From positions 39,923 through 103,922 of the forward strand of contig DATBJO010000090.1 of the NCBI GenBank assembly GCA_036556305.1: a DNA stretch of 64,000 bases. Direction: 5' to 3'. The position numbers and the translations under genes were made by a program. Shown here piece after piece: positions 27,878 through 36,609 of this stretch (its first letter is position 1; the number at the start of each line of letters is the position of its first letter). Under the pieces are notes generated by a model. It was not told where the DNA came from. It saw only the letters and a list, made by a program, of their open reading frames with translations, and searched no databases. This stretch comes from Gemmatimonadota bacterium. GTDB taxonomy: Bacteria > Gemmatimonadota > Gemmatimonadetes > JACCXV01 > JAHWKZ01.

Positions 27878-29016
27878 CGCGCGACGCCTCCCGCCAGCTC
27901 GATCGCCTTCTGCACGACCTCGTCCATCGAGTTCGTCGCCGGCAGGTCGACCGATTTCAGGATCTCCAGGGCCTCCCTCTCGTTCGTCCCGGTCAGGCGG
28001 ATCACGATCGGGACGTCGACGTCGAGCTGTTTCAGCGCGGCGACGATGCCGTTGGCCACGTCGTCGCAACGCGTGATCCCGCCGAAGATGTTGAACAGGA
28101 TCGCCTTCACGTTGGGATCCGAGAGGATGATGCGCATCGCATTGACGACCTTCTCGGGATTCGACGAACCGCCGATGTCGAGAAAGTTCGCCGGCTCGGC
28201 ACCGTAGTACTTGATGAGATCCATCGTCGCCATCGCGAGTCCTGCACCGTTCACGATGCAGCCCACGGTCCCTTCCAGCTTGACGTACGACAGGCCCTTC
28301 TCGCGCGCTTCCGTTTCGGCCGCCGCTTCCGCAGCCGGATCGCGGAGCGCTTCGAATTCCGGATGCCGGAAGAGGGCGTTGTCGTCCAGGTTCACCTTGG
28401 CGTCGATCGCCTGCAGCTCCCCGCCCGCCGTGACGACCAGCGGGTTCACCTCGGCGAGCGAGGCGTCGATGGCTTCGAAGGCCGCATACAGGCTCTGGAA
28501 GATCCGCGCGGCTTCGCGGACGCGATCGAGCTCGTCGTAGAGCGCGAATCCGAGCGCCATGGCCTGATGCGTCATGAGACCGTAGCGCGGGTCGATCGCG
28601 ACCCTGTGGATCTGCTCCGGGGCTTCGCGGGCCACCTCCTCGATGTCCACGCCGCCCGCGGCGCTCACCATCAGCACCGGACGCTGGCTGGCGCGGTCCA
28701 CGATGATCCCGACATATGCCTCGTCGGCGATGTCGACCGCGGGGGCGACGAGGACCCTTCCGACGACGAGGCCCTTGATGTCCATCCCCAGGATCTTCCC
28801 CGCAGCCTCGCGCGCCGCCGCGGGTCCGTCGGCGAGCTTCACGCCTCCGGCCTTCCCGCGACCGCCGACGTGCACCTGCGCTTTGATGACGACCTTTCCG
28901 CCGAGCTCTTCCGCCGCGACCGCCACCTCTGCGGGGGTCGCTGCAACACGCTCGCGCGGGACCGGCAAGCCGTGGTCGCGGAATAACTTCCGCGCCTGGT
29001 ACTCGTGGATCTTCAT
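27874..29016 (-). CDS. sucC: Succinyl-CoA synthetase beta subunit
   Basis: 380 aa from ATG at 29016 ([20 protein letters not shown]), an ATP-grasp N-terminus. The track ORF's extension to 29364 is spurious. Confidence 0.9.
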   Translation of the reverse strand: MKIHEYQARKLFRDHGLPVPRERVAATPAEVAVAAEELGGKVVIKAQVHVGGRGKAGGVKLADGPAAAREAAGKILGMDIKGLVVGRVLVAPAVDIADEAYVGIIVDRASQRPVLMVSAAGGVDIEEVAREAPEQIHRVAIDPRYGLMTHQAMALGFALYDELDRVREAARIFQSLYAAFEAIDASLAEVNPLVVTAGGELQAIDAKVNLDDNALFRHPEFEALRDPAAEAAAETEAREKGLSYVKLEGTVGCIVNGAGLAMATMDLIKYYGAEPANFLDIGGSSNPEKVVNAMRIILSDPNVKAILFNIFGGITRCDDVANGIVAALKQLDVDVPIVIRLTGTNEREALEILKSVDLPATNSMDEVVQKAIELAGGVAR

Positions 29017-29230
29017 GACGTCCTTTCGATGCGGATCGAAGGGCTCGACGGAAGCGGCCGCCGGAACGGTGACCCGGACCCGTGAACGGCCCGAGAAGCT
29101 ACGGTCGGTCCTGCGCGCGTTCAACCGCGCCGCGGCAGGCGATTGCGCGCGCCGTTGCGGGCTCCGCATACTGCTGTCGATGCATGTCCCGTCCAACGAG
29201 GGATCGAATCCCGCCCTGAAGGAGGAACCC

Positions 29231-29818
29231 GTGGGATCCCGAGATCGACGCGTCGACGCGTATATCGAGAAGTCTGCGCCCTTCGCGAGGCCCATCCTGA
29301 CCCACCTTCGCGAAGTCGTGCACGCGGCCTGCCCCGAGGTCGAGGAGACGATGAAGTGGAGCATGCCGGCCTTCGACTACAAGGGACCGCTGTGCGGGAT
29401 GGCGGCATTCAAGCAGCATTGCACGTTCGGTTTCTGGAAGAGCCCGCTCATCGTCGAGGACCCGAGCGACGAGGCGATGGGTCAGCTCGGTCGGATCACG
29501 AGCCTCGACGACCTGCCCGCCAAGAGGACTCTGACCGCGTGGGTCAGGACGGCGAAGAAGCTCAACGACGAGAGAGTCAAGGCGCCGCGCGCCCCGCGGC
29601 CCCGGAAGGTCGAGGTCAGGGTTCCCGCGGACTTGAGGAAGGCTCTCGCCGGGAATGCCCGCGCCCGCGCTGCGTTCGAGCGCTTCCCGCCCAGCCACCG
29701 ACGCGAGTACGTGGAATGGATCGAGGAGGCGAAGCGCGCCGAGACCCGCGCCCGCAGGCTCGCAACCGCGGTCGAGTGGATGGCCGAGGGCAAACCCCGG
29801 AACTGGAAATACATGTGA
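29231..29818 (+). CDS. DUF1801 (YdhG-like) and YdeI/OmpD-associated family protein
   Basis: 195 aa from GTG at 29231, with a GAAGGAGGAA Shine-Dalgarno. VDAYIEKSAPFARPILTHLREVV...WSMPAFDYKGPLCGMAAFKQHCTFGFWK matches DUF1801. The C-terminus (RREYVEWIEEAKRAETRARRL) resembles the YdeI family. Confidence 0.65.
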   Translation: MGSRDRRVDAYIEKSAPFARPILTHLREVVHAACPEVEETMKWSMPAFDYKGPLCGMAAFKQHCTFGFWKSPLIVEDPSDEAMGQLGRITSLDDLPAKRTLTAWVRTAKKLNDERVKAPRAPRPRKVEVRVPADLRKALAGNARARAAFERFPPSHRREYVEWIEEAKRAETRARRLATAVEWMAEGKPRNWKYM

Positions 29819-29840
29819 TGATCCCAGCCGGGTTGGCGAG

Positions 29841-31292
29841 TCAACTTCCGGGTGACCCGCCGCGCGGGGGCCGCTCGGGGTTCCGCAGCACCGCGTCTGG
29901 ACGTCGACTTCGCCGAAGGCGGAACGCGCGGATGAGAAGCGACACCCCCACCCACGCGATCACGATCGCGAGCGGAACCGCGAGCATACGCGGCCAGTAG
30001 ACGGCGGCGATCGCCAGGACGATCGCCGCCGCGCCCGCCCATGCCACGATGCCCGCGTCCTGCGACGTGAGCGCACGGTGGCTCGTGACCGCGGAGGTGA
30101 CCGTGTGGCCCAGCCGCAGGGCCCCGACGGCCGCCCGCCCCCCGCTTCCCCCTCGCTTGCCACGCGGACGCAGCGGCGCGGCGGTATCGGCGTGGCCTTC
30201 GGGCTCCGCCGCGCGCCGGCGTCCCGCCCGCAGCAGGACTTCGGTGGCGTTGTCGAGATCCTCGAGATACTGCCGCGACATGACCTCCGCGAATCCCTCG
30301 TTTTCGATCAACGCGTCGAGCTCGTAGTTCGTCAGCCAGCTCGCCAGGTTGAGATTGGTGGATCCCACACGCGACCAGCGCATGTCGGCGACCGCGGTCT
30401 TCGAGTGGAGCATGGTTCCGTTCCACTCGAAGATGCGGACGCCGGCCTCGAGCAGGGACCGGTATCCGGCGCGCGACAGGGGCCGCACGATCGGGATGTC
30501 GGTCGTGCCCGGCACGAGCAGGCGCACGTCGACCCCGTCGCGGGCGGCGGAGCGGAGAGCCTGCGCGTGCGAGGGCGCGCCCGCGTAGTAGGCGTCGGTC
30601 AGCCACAGGCTCTCGCGGGCCGCGGCGGCCACGAGCTGGTCGACGCGGAGGAGCCCGGCCTGGTTGGGCTCGCTCGCCACGATCCGCATGGCCACTTCCC
30701 CTGCCGGCTTCGGCCCGGCGACCGATCGACCCTCGACGGCCGGGATCGGCGGACCCGTCAACGCCCACATGCGCGCGAACGCGGCCTCGACCTCGACCAC
30801 GGCGGGCCCACGGACTTCGATCCCCGTGTCCCGCCACGGCGCGATCCCGCGCTCGGGGTCCCCGACCCAGTCGTCGCCCACGCACAACCCCGTGACGAAT
30901 GCGATCCGCCCGTCGACGACGATGCTCTTGCGGTGATTCCGCTGGATCCAACCCAGCGGACTCGACAGGCGGGGCGCGTTGAAGGAGCGGACCTCGATTC
31001 CGGCCGCGCGCAGCGAAGCCCAGAAACGGGCCGACGTCTTGCCGAGCGCCCCGATCCAGTCGTAGAGCAGATAGACCGGCACGCCCTCGCCTGCCTTCGC
31101 CTTCAGCGCGTCGGCGAACCGCCGCCCGGATACGTCGTCGCGCAGGATGTAGCTCTCGAAGTAGACGAAGCGCTCGGCCCGCGAGATCGCCTCGAGCCAG
31201 GCGGGGTAGTTCTCGCCGGCGTCACGAAGGAGGCGAACGGCGTTTCCCTCCACCCGTCGCGCTCCCGCGGCGCGCGAGAAAGCCCGATCCAT
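29841..31292 (-). CDS. Phospholipase D / cardiolipin synthase family protein with two C-terminal transmembrane helices
   Basis: 483 aa from ATG at 31292 (MDRAFSRAAG). Two HKD motifs (HRKSIVVDG; HSKTAVADMRWSRVGSTNLN). The C-terminus carries two hydrophobic helices (GIVAWAGAAAIVLAIAAVYW; LAVPLAIVIAWVGVSLLI). Confidence 0.75.
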   Translation of the reverse strand: MDRAFSRAAGARRVEGNAVRLLRDAGENYPAWLEAISRAERFVYFESYILRDDVSGRRFADALKAKAGEGVPVYLLYDWIGALGKTSARFWASLRAAGIEVRSFNAPRLSSPLGWIQRNHRKSIVVDGRIAFVTGLCVGDDWVGDPERGIAPWRDTGIEVRGPAVVEVEAAFARMWALTGPPIPAVEGRSVAGPKPAGEVAMRIVASEPNQAGLLRVDQLVAAAARESLWLTDAYYAGAPSHAQALRSAARDGVDVRLLVPGTTDIPIVRPLSRAGYRSLLEAGVRIFEWNGTMLHSKTAVADMRWSRVGSTNLNLASWLTNYELDALIENEGFAEVMSRQYLEDLDNATEVLLRAGRRRAAEPEGHADTAAPLRPRGKRGGSGGRAAVGALRLGHTVTSAVTSHRALTSQDAGIVAWAGAAAIVLAIAAVYWPRMLAVPLAIVIAWVGVSLLIRAFRLRRSRRPDAVLRNPERPPRGGSPGS

Positions 31293-31309
31293 GAGAGACT
31301 GCTCGGCGT

Positions 31310-34081
31310 CTATTGGGCGGCCAGCTCGTCCAGAATACGGCCCAGCTCTTCGAGCGCCTCCCCGTAGGCGGCCCAGTCCCCCGCTCGCTGCGCCGCGACC
31401 GCGCGGTCGTAGGCTTCGTTCGCCCGCGACACGAGGCCCGCGGGTGTCGGCGCCGTGACAGCCGCTTCCGTCGGCCCGGCCGCCGCGCCGGCCGCCCCGC
31501 CCGTCAGGCCGATCTCCTCGGCGACCTCGCGCGCCACCGCCGATCCCGCCGTGCGCCGGATCAGGGCCAGCATCGCGTCCTCGAGCGTCGGCTCCATGAC
31601 GATCGTCGTGCCGTACGTGGCGATGACGCGCCTCAGCTCCGGGAGCTGGCTCTGCTGCGCCTGGAGATACAGTGGCTCTACGTAGAGCACGCTGTTGGCC
31701 AGCGGGATGACGAGGAGATTCCCGCGGATCACGCTCGATCCCTTCTGGCTCCACAGCGTGATCTGCTCGCTGATCACGGGGTCCTGATCGATCCGCGCCT
31801 CTATCTGCATGGGTCCGTAGATCAACCTGTCCTTGGGGAACTCATAGATCACGCGGCGGCCGTAGTTCTCGGGGTCGGACTTGGCCGCCAGCAGCGCGAT
31901 CATGTTGTCCCGGCGATTCGGCGTGAACGGAAGCACGAGCTGGAACTCGAGACCCTCGTCATCGGGGAGCTGTAGAAGCACGTAGTAAGGGACCATCACG
32001 CTCGGTTGACCCTGATAGATCTCGTTGGGAATGTTCCACAGGTCTTCGCGATTGTAGAACACCTTGGGATCTCCCATGTGATACGAGCGCAGGACCTCGG
32101 CCTGTATCGTGAACAGGTCCTGCGGGTAGCGCACGTGCGCGCGAAGCTCATCGGGCATCGAATCCCGCGGAGTGAAAAGCGTCGGGAATATCGCGCGGTA
32201 CGTCGACAGGATCGGGTCGTCGACGTCCCAGACGTAGAACGTGACGCTGCCGTGATAGGCGTCGACTACGACCTTCACGCTGTTGCGGATGTAGTTGATT
32301 CGCGTCCGGCTTCCGAAGACCGTCAGTGGCTCTGAATACGGATACCGGTCCGAGATCGTGTAGGCGTCCTGGATCCAAAGCAGGCGTCCGTCGAGCAGCA
32401 CGAGATACGGATCCGCGTCGTACTCGAGGAACGGGGCCAGCCGCCGGATCCGGGTCTGGATCTGCCGGTGCAGGAGGAGTCGCGAATCGTCGACGATCGC
32501 GTCGGTCAGCAGGAACTTGAGCGACCCGAGGTACCACCCGAACAGTCCCTTCCGCCACCAGGAATCGATCGCCAGCCCGCCGCGGCCGGCGTAGGAGGTG
32601 TATATGTTCTCGTCCCCCTGCGGATAGTCGAATTCCTGCTCGCGAGTCGCCGCGAGTGCGTAGTTGAAGGTGCGCTCGCCGTAGTAGATCTCGGGTCGGT
32701 CGACCTCGAGGGCGGCATCCAGCGAGTCATGCGTCCCCGGCGGGATGTCGGCGAGATAGAACATCGGCAGGCCTTCGGGCGTGACCTCGTTGACGGGGCT
32801 CATGACGAGGCCGTAGCCATGCGTGAAGATCAGGTGCTGGTTCTGCCATGTCTGCACGTTCGTCGGCAGCTCCTCGACCGCCATCTCGCGCGCCGAGAGC
32901 ATGACCTGGCGCGGCCCCTGTCCGAGATCGTAACGATCCACGTCGACGTCCTCGAACTTGTAGTAGAGCCTGATCTCCTGCAGCTGGCTGTAGGTGTCGA
33001 GAAGCGGACGCCAGTCCCACAGTCGGATGTTCGAGAGCGTGCGGTCCGCCTGGCGGAGGTTCTCGACCCCGGGCCGACTGTTGACGACGAACGGTCGCTC
33101 CTCGATCCGGGTCAGGTCGAATGCGTTTCGCGTGTATGCGATGTTGCGCGCTATGTAGGGTGCTTCCTTGTTGATCTCGTTGGGCTCGACCTCGAATTGC
33201 TGGACCGCTCCGGGGTAGAGACCCTTGAACACCACCATCCCGATCACGAGCGCGCCGAACGCCGTCAGAGTCAGGCCGTACTTCCCGCGGACGACGTCGT
33301 ATACCGTGACGCCGAAACCGGCCAGGGCGAGCGCCACGAGGACCCGATACCCCAGCACCTGCGCATGCACGTCCGTGTACGAAGCCCCGTAGACGACCCC
33401 TCTGTGCGAGAACACGAGCTCGTACAGGTCGAGTCGATAGCCCCAGGCCAGCACGAGCAGCAGGAGCGCGACGTTCGCCACCATGTGCCTCAGCGGCCCG
33501 ATCCGGAACCGGATCCGATTCTCGGCGATCTCGAGGCCTCCGCTCGTCACATAGAGGACGCCGAGGATCACCAGCGCCGCGACCAGCAGCAGGAAGGCCA
33601 GGTTCTGAGCCAGCCTCAGCACCGGCAGAGTGAACACGTAGAATCCGACGTTCCTGAAGAACAGCGGATCGACGAGACCGAACGGTTCGCGCTCGAGCCA
33701 CACGAGAATGTCCAGCCACCGTCCGCCGACCGCGGCGCTGAACAGGAACGCCAGAAAGGCGGCTCCGGCGAGCGCGGTCAGCGTCAGCCACTTTCCCGGA
33801 ATCTCCTCATGGATCTCTATGTTGGAGATGCGCCGACGGATCGATCCGAAGGACGACGCGGCGAGGCGCAGATTGACGAAGAAGAACAGGAAGATGATGG
33901 ACCCGGCAACCAGTCTCACCCAGAGCCGGGCCCAGAAGGCGGTCCAGTAGACGTCCTCGTAGCCCAGCTCGCCGAACCAGAGGGCGTCGACAACCGTGTT
34001 GACGGCCGATCCCAGGACGATCAGCGCCAGGAGAACGGCGCCTCCCAGGATTACGGCAAGGCGCCGGTTCACCCGTTCCAC
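31310..34081 (-). CDS. UPF0182 family membrane protein
   Basis: 923 aa. Multiple N-terminal transmembrane helices and a large extracytoplasmic domain; the sequence matches the conserved UPF0182 family (uncharacterised, mainly actinobacterial). Confidence 0.7.
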   Translation of the reverse strand: MERVNRRLAVILGGAVLLALIVLGSAVNTVVDALWFGELGYEDVYWTAFWARLWVRLVAGSIIFLFFFVNLRLAASSFGSIRRRISNIEIHEEIPGKWLTLTALAGAAFLAFLFSAAVGGRWLDILVWLEREPFGLVDPLFFRNVGFYVFTLPVLRLAQNLAFLLLVAALVILGVLYVTSGGLEIAENRIRFRIGPLRHMVANVALLLLVLAWGYRLDLYELVFSHRGVVYGASYTDVHAQVLGYRVLVALALAGFGVTVYDVVRGKYGLTLTAFGALVIGMVVFKGLYPGAVQQFEVEPNEINKEAPYIARNIAYTRNAFDLTRIEERPFVVNSRPGVENLRQADRTLSNIRLWDWRPLLDTYSQLQEIRLYYKFEDVDVDRYDLGQGPRQVMLSAREMAVEELPTNVQTWQNQHLIFTHGYGLVMSPVNEVTPEGLPMFYLADIPPGTHDSLDAALEVDRPEIYYGERTFNYALAATREQEFDYPQGDENIYTSYAGRGGLAIDSWWRKGLFGWYLGSLKFLLTDAIVDDSRLLLHRQIQTRIRRLAPFLEYDADPYLVLLDGRLLWIQDAYTISDRYPYSEPLTVFGSRTRINYIRNSVKVVVDAYHGSVTFYVWDVDDPILSTYRAIFPTLFTPRDSMPDELRAHVRYPQDLFTIQAEVLRSYHMGDPKVFYNREDLWNIPNEIYQGQPSVMVPYYVLLQLPDDEGLEFQLVLPFTPNRRDNMIALLAAKSDPENYGRRVIYEFPKDRLIYGPMQIEARIDQDPVISEQITLWSQKGSSVIRGNLLVIPLANSVLYVEPLYLQAQQSQLPELRRVIATYGTTIVMEPTLEDAMLALIRRTAGSAVAREVAEEIGLTGGAAGAAAGPTEAAVTAPTPAGLVSRANEAYDRAVAAQRAGDWAAYGEALEELGRILDELAAQ

Positions 34082-35451
34082 GGAATCGCACCGATCCCGC
34101 GCGCCGCGAGAAACGCTTCGACTTCGCCCTTGATCGTCTTCAGATCGGACTCGCTCTCGCCCTCCGCGCGCAGCACGATCACGGGCTGCGTGTTGGAGGC
34201 CCGCAGCAGGGCCCAGCCGTGGTCGAACGCGATCCGCACTCCGTCGATGTCGACGGTCTCATGGCGCGAGCCGAAGTACTCCTTCGCTTCATCGACGATC
34301 TTCCACTTCCGATCTTCCGTGGTGTCGACGCGGACTTCGGGAGTCGAGGGGTACCGCTTGAGGGAATCGACCATGTCCGCCAGCGAATCCTTCGAGCGGG
34401 AGAGAATCTCGCACAGCCGGCAGGCCGCGAAGATCGCGTCGTCGAAACCCCAGTAGCCGTCGAAGAAGAACAGGTGACCGCTCATCTCCCCGCCGAAGGG
34501 AATGCCCTCCTCCTTCATCTTCAGCTTGGCGTGGCTGTGGCCGGTCTTCCACATGAACGGCACGCCGCCGTGCGCGCGGATATCCTCTTCGAGCGCGCGC
34601 GACGATTTCACGTCGAACAGGATCCGCTCCCCGGGGGTCCGCGCGAGCTGATCGCGCGCGAAGATCGCGGTCAGCTGATCGCCCCGGACGAGGCGTCCGG
34701 TCCCGTCCACGGCTCCGATCCGGTCGCAGTCGCCGTCCAGGCCGATCCCGAGCTCGAACCCCTTCTCGACCACGCGCCGTCTGAGCTCGACGACGTACTC
34801 GTCGACGGTCGGATCCGGATGGTGATTCGGGAACGTGCCGTCGACCTCGTCGTACAGGCGGTCGACGCGGGCCCCGATCCGCTCGAGCAGATCGCCGGCG
34901 AAGAGGGCGCCGCAGGCGTTGGCCGGATCGAGGGAGAGGCTCACCGGTCGCGCGAGCGTGACCTTCGCGGCCACCATGTCGCAGTAGTCCTCGGTCACCG
35001 GCCGGTCCTCGCGGGAGCCCCGGCCGGTCTCGAAGTCGTCCTCCTCGATCAGCTTCCGGACGCGCTGGATCTCCTCGCCGGTGAAGGGAAGGTCCCGGTA
35101 GCCCAGCTTGAACCCGTTGTACTCGGGGGGGTTGTGGCTGCCGGTGATCATGACGCCCCCGTCCGTCTCGAGGCGGTGACACGCGTAGTAGAGAACGGGG
35201 GTCGGAACGAGCCCGATGTCGAGGACCCGGGCGCCGGCCGCGACCATCCCTTCGGTCAGGGCGTCCCGCAGTCGCGGCGACGAAGGCCGCACGTCCCAGC
35301 CCAGGGCGATCGCGACCGGCCTGGATCCGACGGCGCGCCGCATGAAGGTCGCGTACCCGCGCCCGAGACCGTGCGCGAGATCGTCGGTGAGCTCGCCCTC
35401 GACGAGCCCGCGGACGTCGTACTCGCGAAAGATGTAAGCCGGTGTTTTCAT
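34069..35451 (-). CDS. Phosphomannomutase / phosphoglucomutase
   Basis: 460 aa from ATG at 35451 (MKTPAYIFREYDVRG); the active-site TGSHNPPEYNGFK and GLDGDCDR motifs. The track ORF's extension to 36444 is spurious. Confidence 0.85.
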   Translation of the reverse strand: MKTPAYIFREYDVRGLVEGELTDDLAHGLGRGYATFMRRAVGSRPVAIALGWDVRPSSPRLRDALTEGMVAAGARVLDIGLVPTPVLYYACHRLETDGGVMITGSHNPPEYNGFKLGYRDLPFTGEEIQRVRKLIEEDDFETGRGSREDRPVTEDYCDMVAAKVTLARPVSLSLDPANACGALFAGDLLERIGARVDRLYDEVDGTFPNHHPDPTVDEYVVELRRRVVEKGFELGIGLDGDCDRIGAVDGTGRLVRGDQLTAIFARDQLARTPGERILFDVKSSRALEEDIRAHGGVPFMWKTGHSHAKLKMKEEGIPFGGEMSGHLFFFDGYWGFDDAIFAACRLCEILSRSKDSLADMVDSLKRYPSTPEVRVDTTEDRKWKIVDEAKEYFGSRHETVDIDGVRIAFDHGWALLRASNTQPVIVLRAEGESESDLKTIKGEVEAFLAARGIGAIPWNG

Positions 35452-35529
35452 GGGCGACCGCGAAGGTAACCCGCGCTCCTTCGCCCTACAACTTGAAGCG
35501 ACCGCGCGGCGCGCCGATCTTCTGTCCGC

Positions 35530-36609
35530 GTGATCCCCGACATCGACGACGTCGCGCCCGCCCTTCGCGAGTGGTTCGACGACCGCCGTCGCGATCTGCC
35601 GTGGCGCCGCGACTCCGATCCGTATCGCGTGCTGGTATCGGAAGTGATGCTGCAGCAGACGCGGGTCGAGGCCGTCGTTCCCTACTACGAGCGCTGGATG
35701 ACACGCTTCCCGACCCTCGTCGCGCTGGCGGACGCCGGGCTCGACGACGTGCTCGGCGAATGGGAGGGCCTGGGTTACTACTCCCGGGCCCGGAACCTCC
35801 ACGCCACCGCACGGATCGTTCGGGACTCCGCCGGAGGCGTGATTCCCGACAGCGTCGCCGGCCTGCGCGCGCTGCCCGGCGTCGGCGAGTACACGGCGGG
35901 GGCAGTCGCGTCGATCGCCTTCGGCCGCCCGGAGCCGGCCGTCGACGGCAACGCGCGGCGGGTCCTCTCGCGTCTCTTCGACCTCGAGGCCCCGAGAGCG
36001 GCCGAGCTCCGGGAGCGCGCGCGGACGCTCGTTCCCGCCGACCGCCCGGGGGACTTCAATCAGGCGTTGATGGAGCTGGGCGCGACGATCTGCCGGCCGC
36101 GGGCCCCGCGCTGCGTCGAGTGCCCGCTCGCCGCGTGGTGCCTGGCCCGGCTGCGGGGGACCGTCGGCGCGCGTCCCGGTCCCGCGTCGAGGCCGCCGGT
36201 TCCGTTCTTCGATCTCGGCGTCGCGGTCGTCGTGTCCCCGCAGGGTCGCGCGCTCATGGTCCGGAGGCCCGAGGACGGGATGCTCGCCCGGCTGTGGGAG
36301 TTTCCAGGCCGCACGGTCGCCGCCGGCGAGCCGCCGGCTTCGGCGGCCGCGCGCGCGATCGCGACTCTCGTGCCGGACGCCGAGCCGCTCAGACCGCTCA
36401 CGACGATCTCCCACGCCTATTCGCACCGGCGACACGTCTATCACGCCTGCCTCTTCGAGACGCCGCGCGAGACGCGGCCCCGGCCGCGCGACCTCGCGCG
36501 CGCGGGCTGGACGGCGGCCGCGTGGGAGCGACCCGATCCAGCCGGCCGGGCGCTTCCCGCCGCGCAGCGTCGGATCGCCCGCGCCCTGGCGTCGCTCGTT
36601 CCATGCTGA
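35530..36609 (+). CDS. mutY: A/G-specific adenine DNA glycosylase
   Basis: 359 aa from GTG; HhH-GPD motifs (LPGVGEYTAGAV), a 4Fe-4S cluster loop (CRPRAPRCVECPLAAWC) and a C-terminal NUDIX-like domain. Confidence 0.85.
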   Translation: MIPDIDDVAPALREWFDDRRRDLPWRRDSDPYRVLVSEVMLQQTRVEAVVPYYERWMTRFPTLVALADAGLDDVLGEWEGLGYYSRARNLHATARIVRDSAGGVIPDSVAGLRALPGVGEYTAGAVASIAFGRPEPAVDGNARRVLSRLFDLEAPRAAELRERARTLVPADRPGDFNQALMELGATICRPRAPRCVECPLAAWCLARLRGTVGARPGPASRPPVPFFDLGVAVVVSPQGRALMVRRPEDGMLARLWEFPGRTVAAGEPPASAAARAIATLVPDAEPLRPLTTISHAYSHRRHVYHACLFETPRETRPRPRDLARAGWTAAAWERPDPAGRALPAAQRRIARALASLVPC

